IMG/VR virus record: IMGVR_UViG_3300028048_000059
Coordinates: 64,001 to 128,000 of that record
Strand: one strand, 5' to 3'
DNA: 64,000 nt
DNA from: a virus
Lineage: Duplodnaviria > Caudoviricetes
Below, piece by piece: positions 57,131-64,000 of the stretch. A model generated the notes under the pieces. It was not told the DNA's origin, did not search any database, and saw nothing but the letters and a program-made list of their open reading frames with translations. Made by a program: the position numbers and the translations under genes. How positions within the stretch are numbered: the first letter of the stretch is position 1; every line of letters begins with the position of its first letter.

Positions 57131-58798
57131 TTACATCACTCCAACATATTTGCCGCTAATCCAGCCAATTTGTCCAAGAATACTAATAGCATACCATCCA
57201 TTATCAGTAATTAGCGGTTCACCCTGTGCGTTAACTAGTGGATCTAACTTTGTATTCTTTGCCAGTGTAGTTAAAATAGCATACGATGCACTATTACCAG
57301 CGCGTACATTTACTGAGCCAGTCGTTTTATATCCATTAATTACTGGAATTGGCTCATCCTTTGGCTCGTCTGGCTCTGGCTCGCGATCTGCAATGGCAGA
57401 CATAAGCGCGAGATGCGATTTTTCACCATAAATTCCATCTGCATTTAGGCCATATTTGCCTTGGAATTTTTTAACTGCTTCAAATGTGGCATTACCAAAA
57501 TCACCGTCTTCAACCAAATTAGTACCAATTAATTCATTTAACAAGTGCTGCAATTCTTTAACGTCATCGCCTTTCAATCCCTTTTTAAGAAGGCGCGCGC
57601 CGAGTTGTTGTGTTGCAACACTATTCACTTCTATATATTTAAGTCCCGGAATTCTATACCAATGTAACCAATTGCGGTCCTTTAATTTTGTTATTACGCA
57701 TCCGTAATTGAAGCCGCGTTCTTCTACGACTTCGCCATTACCAATATATACCCCTACGTGGCCAGAATAACGCACTGCCACACCAGGTAATTCTGGAATA
57801 GTATCAATAGTGCCCCAATCTAAGCCTTGCTTTTTTGCATATTCAAATAAATCGTTCGCACTTTTATCTGGCATACCATTGCTAGCATATTTTGTGGTGA
57901 ATTTTGGAGTGGATTGACCAATTGATTCAATTACTCCTTCGCCGCCATTTGTCCAAAAGTATCCTTTTAGAAGACCGCAACAGTCTGAGCATACCTTATG
58001 TTCACTCACATGCTTTTTATAAGTGGCCATGCGGCCAGATGTATAGTGCGTTGAATATTGACTCTTTTTAGAATTTAGTAAAGAAGTGGTGCATGGCTGC
58101 ACATATGTCCCATACCAATATGGTTGTCCGACAAACTTTTTACAAAATTCTACAAAATTGATATTAGTAAATTCTGCCATAGTTTCTTCCTCCTTTTCTA
58201 AAACCGACGTGTCAGTAAACCACGACAAGGATTTTGTTCCATTTAAAACATTTAAATCTACCTGTTCTTTGCAACCGGCTAATTTGCCCTTATCCGTATA
58301 TTGCCATAACTCACATGGATAAATTGGTTTATATTTGGTATTGATCGCACCATTGTTTAATCCGTAACGCGGAATCCAAATAAAATCAAAATCATCTAAT
58401 AAGGACTCAATATATGAGTATTTATCTTGCGGTATATATAAACCAATTTTCTTACACCCAAGCACTCGTAATTCATTTAAAAACGCTTCTGTAACATTTA
58501 ATACAGTGGTTCGTGTTTGAGTGCTATGTTCTATGTCTGCAACGTAGAAAAGCGGCCGCAGTCCATTTTTTCGTGCTTGTTGCACAAAATATTGTGCTTC
58601 TTTACGCGCGCCACTAGATGTGCCACTTTTTACATAGTGGTATACACCATATGGTATGCCGCATTCAGCAGCATATTGCGCATATTTATTATCGGCATCA
58701 AGACCAACGCTCGCGCGGAAAATAACTAAATCTAGTTCTTTCCGCGCAAGTTCCCAGTCAATTTTGCCTTCATAATGACTAATATCGGCTATTTTCAT
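57131..58798 (-). CDS. multi-domain endolysin: GH25 muramidase + NlpC/P60-like peptidase + PG-binding + SH3
   Basis: DISHYEG, YHY, DIE, WQYTD; DCCGL...HVGVYIG; GDDVKELQ...DGDFG..T..AVK.FQ...DGIYG; VNVR...GWISGKY. Confidence 0.88.
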   Translation of the reverse strand: MKIADISHYEGKIDWELARKELDLVIFRASVGLDADNKYAQYAAECGIPYGVYHYVKSGTSSGARKEAQYFVQQARKNGLRPLFYVADIEHSTQTRTTVLNVTEAFLNELRVLGCKKIGLYIPQDKYSYIESLLDDFDFIWIPRYGLNNGAINTKYKPIYPCELWQYTDKGKLAGCKEQVDLNVLNGTKSLSWFTDTSVLEKEEETMAEFTNINFVEFCKKFVGQPYWYGTYVQPCTTSLLNSKKSQYSTHYTSGRMATYKKHVSEHKVCSDCCGLLKGYFWTNGGEGVIESIGQSTPKFTTKYASNGMPDKSANDLFEYAKKQGLDWGTIDTIPELPGVAVRYSGHVGVYIGNGEVVEERGFNYGCVITKLKDRNWLHWYRIPGLKYIEVNSVATQQLGARLLKKGLKGDDVKELQHLLNELIGTNLVEDGDFGNATFEAVKKFQGKYGLNADGIYGEKSHLALMSAIADREPEPDEPKDEPIPVINGYKTTGSVNVRAGNSASYAILTTLAKNTKLDPLVNAQGEPLITDNGWYAISILGQIGWISGKYVGVM

Positions 58799-58810
58799 TG
58801 GCCTTTCTCC

Positions 58811-59989
58811 TTATTTGTAGAATATGAAGAATTGTTTACGTGCTTTTTGAACTTCTGAACTCGTGCCTTTCGCGCGATTAGATGCTGCGGAAGCTGGGTC
58901 GTTTATATAGAAGTATTTACCGTCCCATTTCCAAATGCAGCAGAAATGCATAATCCATCTATTTTCATAGTGGCCAGACCATCTCTTTCATATTATTAAT
59001 ATAATACTAGTTGATGCTTCCACGCTGGAATTGCACCAGACGTGTACGAGTAAAACTCTGGTCGTTACACCTTCCATTAGGCTCGGCACGGTATTACCAT
59101 GTCCTTTTAGGATTTAGGTTCCCTTACTCATAATGTAATTGCTTACTTCTGAACCGTTAGCCGCTTACGCGACACCCTAGATTTCTAGGTTCATCAACTT
59201 TTACAACGGCCATTTCCCTTAACCGTTTTTTGTCCATTTGCTAGGCCCAAAGCTTACAACAGCAAGTGCTCCATTGCTTAATGCATTCTTCAAAGTCTCT
59301 ACTGACGTTGTTTGCACAAATTTACTAGCGCCATATTTTTCTGCGCAATAACGGAAAAATGTCCAAGCAGTACCACTATCATAAGTACGATACCCCTTTT
59401 GCACTGATAACGCACATAATTCACGAGGTGTGACGTTTTTATCCCACCATGTAGCTACTATATCTGCCATAGACGTTGGGCCACATCCTGAATTCTTAAT
59501 TGTCTGACTCTTAGTGTGAGTAGAATACTTAACGCTACCCCAACGAGAATCGTATTGTTTGTAATCTACTGGTTTTTTCGTATTTGTTCCAGATGTTTTT
59601 GGAGCCGGCGCTGCGGTCGCAGAGAAAGCCATCTTCCACACATCTTTTGTCACAATACCAGTAATTATTAATTTGGAAGCAATTTGATAAGCGCGTGTGG
59701 AAGCTCGTGTTTTTGTACCAAAAATACCATCTACATCAACGCCTAAGAATGCTTGCCACATTTTAACTTCTTTCCCTCGCGATCCTACTTTTAATTCTGG
59801 CATTTGCGCCGCAATTAAATTCCAATCGCTTTCAGAAAACACGCCATCTTTCTCCATTCCGTTCTTTTCTTTCCAATTATTTACTGCTGCCTCAGTTTTT
59901 GTGCCAAAAATACCATCAGCGCTAACGCCAAGGAAAAATTGAAGGACACGCACTTCTGTGCCATTACTCTTGCGTTTTAATGCTTTCAT
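58811..59989 (-). CDS. PG-binding x2 + C39-like cysteine peptidase lysin, two exons (59222-59989 and 58811-58948)
   Basis: DGIFGTKT repeats; Q.D.RW...GCGPTSMA; NG|HF...INDP restored on splicing. Confidence 0.85.
58949..59221 (-). mobile_element. ORF-less group I intron in the C39 lysin (273 nt)
   Basis: AACGGU| pairs with GCCGUU; P7 GACCA/TGGTC; terminal G before CAT TTC. Confidence 0.9.
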
Positions 59990-60118
59990 TGCTATCATCC
60001 TCCAATTTGATGAAACGTCCATCTTCTGTACGAATCCAAATTTCATCTTCCGTTTCTTTCTCATAGTTATTTGCTTCTGTTGCTACACCAATGTTAAATA
60101 TATTCATATTATCACCCC

Positions 60119-60829
60119 TTATGTTGGGATTCGTGGATACACAATGTTTGAATCGATTGAATAGGTTCCGTTACTAATTGTGCATTTTGTTTGCATACCG
60201 TCATATTGCGCGGCCATTTTCATAGAACGATATTTTGGATCACTGCCTTGCCAGACCTGCCAATTTGTATCGGTGGTTCTTTTATAAGTCCAAACTACTG
60301 TGACGTCTGAATCTGCCATATAATCTATATCAAAGCGAGCCGTTTCCCCAACCGCTGCATATACGTCTACTGGCTGTGATGTTATTTCAATACCAGTATC
60401 AATCGCTCTTGGGATATTGTCTCCCCAATATGTTGTTGTGCCATTAGAAGTAAGAACTTGGTTTTCAGTTCCTAAACCAATTGGATCGGCCCATGCGCCG
60501 TCATTTCGTAAGAATGTCGTTGTGCTTGAACCGAGTTGCGGCCCACTTGTTACAGTGTTTGTGCCATTGAATTTTGCCAAGTAGCCACTTGTACCACTAC
60601 CAGTGATATTGTTGGCGATACTTGGAGTAACAGTAACGTCTTGCGCAGTGCCACCTAATGGCGTCACTGTAAATTTATTGGTGCCGCCGCTAAATGTATA
60701 TGTAGTATCAGTTAAAGAGGGACTAGAAACGCCATTGATAATCCATTTTTTTGTACTAGTACCAAGATTATATGTGTCAGTAATTGCTGGTAACAAATCA
60801 ACACCAAAATTCATATTATCATTCGCCAT
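60119..60829 (-). CDS. virion/tail protein with C-terminal Ig-like domain
   Basis: YNLGTSTKKW, FLRNDGAW, QVLTSNG..TYW, ITSQPVD...A.F...W...DG...KC.ISN. Confidence 0.7.
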   Translation of the reverse strand: MANDNMNFGVDLLPAITDTYNLGTSTKKWIINGVSSPSLTDTTYTFSGGTNKFTVTPLGGTAQDVTVTPSIANNITGSGTSGYLAKFNGTNTVTSGPQLGSSTTTFLRNDGAWADPIGLGTENQVLTSNGTTTYWGDNIPRAIDTGIEITSQPVDVYAAVGETARFDIDYMADSDVTVVWTYKRTTDTNWQVWQGSDPKYRSMKMAAQYDGMQTKCTISNGTYSIDSNIVYPRIPT

Positions 60830-60840
60830 ATTATCCCTCC

Positions 60841-61341
60841 TTAACCTGATGTTACAGTAGTATTACCGTTGTTGTCAACGGAAAAATGAAATGTAATTGC
60901 TGGCTCTGCGCCATTTGGTACAGTTATGTCAAAACTTTTTCCATTTGTAAGAGTGACGCCAGTAATATAAACATTTGTTCCATCCCAACTCGCAGACGTG
61001 GAAGCGCCGCCTGATGGGCTTATATTGATAGCTTTTTCTACCCAACCGCTAACCGCGGCGGCATACATAAAACTTGACCGCGTGACCGAAGCATGCGGTA
61101 CTAATGAAACACCTGACGTATCTGTTGTGCTGGTGGTTGCATTGGTAAAAGTCCCGGTAGCCGTTTTATCAGTAAGATCGCCGCCTTTAAAGGTGGGTGT
61201 TGCGCTTTTTGCAGATAAATTTAAAACAATCGGTTTATCCACATATTGTGTAGATGTGGCTAATGTAACCGCTGTCCCAGATTGCTTTGTTAATTGAATA
61301 TTGCCAGTCCATTTACCATCTTGATTAACTAGTGTCGCCAT
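60841..61341 (-). CDS. Thr/Ser-rich virion protein
   Basis: Composition; N-terminus resembles that of 61378-63681. Confidence 0.65.
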   Translation of the reverse strand: MATLVNQDGKWTGNIQLTKQSGTAVTLATSTQYVDKPIVLNLSAKSATPTFKGGDLTDKTATGTFTNATTSTTDTSGVSLVPHASVTRSSFMYAAAVSGWVEKAINISPSGGASTSASWDGTNVYITGVTLTNGKSFDITVPNGAEPAITFHFSVDNNGNTTVTSG

Positions 61342-61377
61342 TTAATCATCTCCTTTATCTCATCATATGAAGATAGA

Positions 61378-63681
61378 TTAAGTGGTTGTTATAGTATATG
61401 CACCAGCGTATGTCGCCATTGTACCTGTGATGAGCGCGCCATTGTTATCAAATGCAGTATAACCGCTTAAAATGTAGTTGGCTGGGGCGTTTGCGCCTTC
61501 TGCGTCTGGCACCAATTTTGCCAAACTAATTTTAGAAGCGGGGACATAACCTGGGTTGATGTATAAATAATCGCCAGAAATAAGAACTGGTGCGGTACTT
61601 GATATATCTGTATAGGTGGTGCCGCTAGTTGCGCTATTGGCGAAGGTAGCTTGGGAGATTGGAATATACATAACATCCGAAGCAGCAGCGCCGTAAGTAT
61701 ATTGATTGCCTGTGGCAACAGTATATTCCCCAGCATCGTTGCCGCCATAGCCGGACATGTTAACTTGCGCACTTGGACGCACAGTGCCAGTAACTGCGCT
61801 AGACGCCACAGCAATATAATAATTTCCAGAGCCTGGTTTAGTTTTAGTTGCTGTGCCCGCTTGCGCGATGTTTGTGTCTGAGTGCTTGCCTATTAACGGC
61901 TTTTGTGTCAATGCCCCGCTAATAGTGCCTTGAATGGTAATCTTGCGTAAAGCAACGTTAGTTGTGGCAGTGTTAGTATTTTTTGTACCTATACTATCAC
62001 TTACATATCCTTCATTTGTGATTGACGGTGCCGCTATTGTGGTAGTTACTGTTGCAGAAAAATTCCCTTGATTAGAATCATATTCCAACAGTGAATCAGT
62101 TATGGAAGTTGTTGCAGATCCAGATTGAATCGTGCCAACTTTAATTGGTACATAAGTCGCTGTTGCTGCGTTGCTACCAACACTTAATACAGTCGCAGTT
62201 GCTGTATTATAATTACTAGTCGTACCATAACCTGCCGTTGTAACAGTACCTGTAATATTAACATTACTTGATTTGGCCGCCGCATCAACACGAACATAAG
62301 CACCGCTGGTGGGCTTTGTCGTAGTAACTGCGCCACTTGCAGCATCAGTCCAAGTATCTGAACCTGGTTTTGCCGTGCGAGAAATAGCAGGAGTAACTTT
62401 TAGTGTGCCTGTATAACTTGCCCCTACTTCAACTTTATTCAATGTTTGTGTTGCTTCAACAGCACCGGTCTGCTTTGTGCCCTCAGAAGAACTAACATAG
62501 CCAGCAGTGCTAACAGTTGGCGCTGGCACAGTCCCAGTAATAGCAACAGTAAAGTTATCATTTGTGCTATCATAAATTGGGGTGCCATAAGTTAAAGTAG
62601 ATACATTACCACTCTTTACAGTACCGAGATCCACTGATGTTGAACCTGCACTTACCCAGCCATCTGTATAGCTAACCGTGCGGCCGCTTACTGTTGGAGT
62701 GGTTGTTGTAATTGGGATATAATAGATATCAGATTGCGCAGCGCCGACTGCTACTAAGTTTTGTGAAGAGACAAAATTACTTGTTGTACCATAACCAGAT
62801 TTTAAAACTTCTGGTATAAATGCAGCATTATCTATATTACTATTAGAGCGCACAGCAACATATACGCCGCTAGTAGGAGCAGTGGATGTGCTTGCGCCAC
62901 TTGCTGCATCAGTTACACCTGTAATACTAATTGTTTGTTTTGTTAACGTTGGCTTTCTAGTGGTTGCTGCTGAACCATCTGCTAGTCGAGCGGCTAATTG
63001 AATTGCGTCAACAGTTGTGGTTACAACCGCACCACCAGTATTAGCATTTTTCGTACCTTTTGTGCTAGAAATATAACCTGGAATATTAATCGTTGGCGCG
63101 CTTACATCAGCAGAACCAGTAATATTAAATTTAGAGGTAGAGCTATCATATGCATAAGACAATGAACTAATTGTCGCACTACCAGATGTAATTTCACCTG
63201 CTGCGCCAGAGTCCGCGGCTCCAATAACTAATGTGCGGGCCGCATTGTAGCCCTCTGTGATTGTAATTGTTTGATTTGAATCTGTCGGAACAATAGTTGA
63301 ACCAGACGCTATTGTGCTAGTTCCTTGTTGCATAATAGATTGGCTTACCTTACCAATTCCTATACTGTCAGATTCATTATATCCAGATGTTTCAACCCAC
63401 CCAGCCGTTGAAACATTTAAATTTGCACTAATATTATTAGTAGGATAATAATATCCACTTGTGGCGGTTCCCCAAGTCGGTGATTGTGTTGTATTCCCAG
63501 TAAGAGTAAGCTCTGCGGTCGCTGGGCGGGCCGTCAATTGTAATCTAATTTCTTTATCAATAAATTGGTCAGTTGTATTAAAGTCAATAACTGTACCGGT
63601 TTGTTGAGTCAAAGTATGGTCTAAAACAAATTTTCCGCCAACTACTGACATCTGACCAGTTGTACTTGCCATATTATTCAC
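61378..63681 (-). CDS. long Thr/Ser/Gly/Ala-rich virion fibre protein with internal repeats
   Basis: About three repeats of SG.A.I...YDS....F......AP.....GY.S...GTK...P.SG.YV.V...GYG...Y.PI; ILSGYTAFD.NG.LITGTM. Confidence 0.7.
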   Translation of the reverse strand: MNNMASTTGQMSVVGGKFVLDHTLTQQTGTVIDFNTTDQFIDKEIRLQLTARPATAELTLTGNTTQSPTWGTATSGYYYPTNNISANLNVSTAGWVETSGYNESDSIGIGKVSQSIMQQGTSTIASGSTIVPTDSNQTITITEGYNAARTLVIGAADSGAAGEITSGSATISSLSYAYDSSTSKFNITGSADVSAPTINIPGYISSTKGTKNANTGGAVVTTTVDAIQLAARLADGSAATTRKPTLTKQTISITGVTDAASGASTSTAPTSGVYVAVRSNSNIDNAAFIPEVLKSGYGTTSNFVSSQNLVAVGAAQSDIYYIPITTTTPTVSGRTVSYTDGWVSAGSTSVDLGTVKSGNVSTLTYGTPIYDSTNDNFTVAITGTVPAPTVSTAGYVSSSEGTKQTGAVEATQTLNKVEVGASYTGTLKVTPAISRTAKPGSDTWTDAASGAVTTTKPTSGAYVRVDAAAKSSNVNITGTVTTAGYGTTSNYNTATATVLSVGSNAATATYVPIKVGTIQSGSATTSITDSLLEYDSNQGNFSATVTTTIAAPSITNEGYVSDSIGTKNTNTATTNVALRKITIQGTISGALTQKPLIGKHSDTNIAQAGTATKTKPGSGNYYIAVASSAVTGTVRPSAQVNMSGYGGNDAGEYTVATGNQYTYGAAASDVMYIPISQATFANSATSGTTYTDISSTAPVLISGDYLYINPGYVPASKISLAKLVPDAEGANAPANYILSGYTAFDNNGALITGTMATYAGAYTITTT

Positions 63682-63684
63682 CCC

Positions 63685-64000
63685 TTAACCATATATACCT
63701 TGATAAACAGGAACTATAACATCTTGACTGCCATCAAACGTATAATTTTGATTAGAACCAAAAGTAATACTATGTTCCAATTTTTTTGGTATGAGTTCTT
63801 CTGCTGTCTTACCATTCAATGTACCAGCGTCTATGAAAGCTAATGACGAGACAGTTGTTGTACCATCACCAAGCTTCATACTCGGCACTTTAATGAGGCC
63901 GCCACTTGGTGATTGCACTGTCCGCCAATCGCTATAAATAATTACTTCACCTTGCTCTGGTACATATGTAGAATGGTCAGACCAATATTCTTTTGTATGC
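63685..64000 (-). CDS. tail-fibre protein with Mtd-N-like domain (partial)
   Basis: Frame open to the window end: W....YVPEQGEVIIY...MKLGDGTT.V..L.F; YTFDGSQDV. Confidence 0.65.
   Translation of the reverse strand, partial: HTKEYWSDHSTYVPEQGEVIIYSDWRTVQSPSGGLIKVPSMKLGDGTTTVSSLAFIDAGTLNGKTAEELIPKKLEHSITFGSNQNYTFDGSQDVIVPVYQGIYG

Noticed and set aside
108-61881. Numerous short plus-strand and alternate-frame ORFs in the track
   Set aside because: Shadows of well-supported minus-strand genes; no plus-strand promoters were noticed

Overview
This is a 64 kb, AT-rich segment of a large tailed phage genome, most likely infecting an anaerobic Bacillota/Clostridia host (gut or rumen type). Essentially all real genes lie on the minus strand and are driven by about 18 near-consensus sigma-A promoters. 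Read in transcription order (right to left), the window holds five blocks: (1) virion/tail-fibre proteins and two lysins; (2) an RNA island (about 47.2-53.3 kb) with six tRNAs, a degenerate tRNA, a ~580-nt ROOL-like RNA and two unclassified structured RNAs; (3) holin, RNase H, dNMP kinase, ligase, ClpP, PIN-PhoH, a Dam-type methyltransferase and a nucleobase-salvage set; (4) a candidate origin or operator array beside a wHTH gene; (5) a replication and nucleotide module (GyrB/GyrA-like topoisomerase, SSB-like protein, AAA_24 ATPase, DnaB, DnaG, RecJ, DnaE, NrdD/NrdG). Six group I introns, located by eye at U|...G| junctions, explain every apparently broken gene: nrdD (with HNH), dnaE, dnaB (with an endonuclease remnant), gyrB (with LAGLIDADG), a C39 lysin, and tRNA-Leu(UAA) at the cyanobacterial-type anticodon site. 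GCGGCCGC is strikingly over-represented. All family calls come from motif recognition only; no searches were run.
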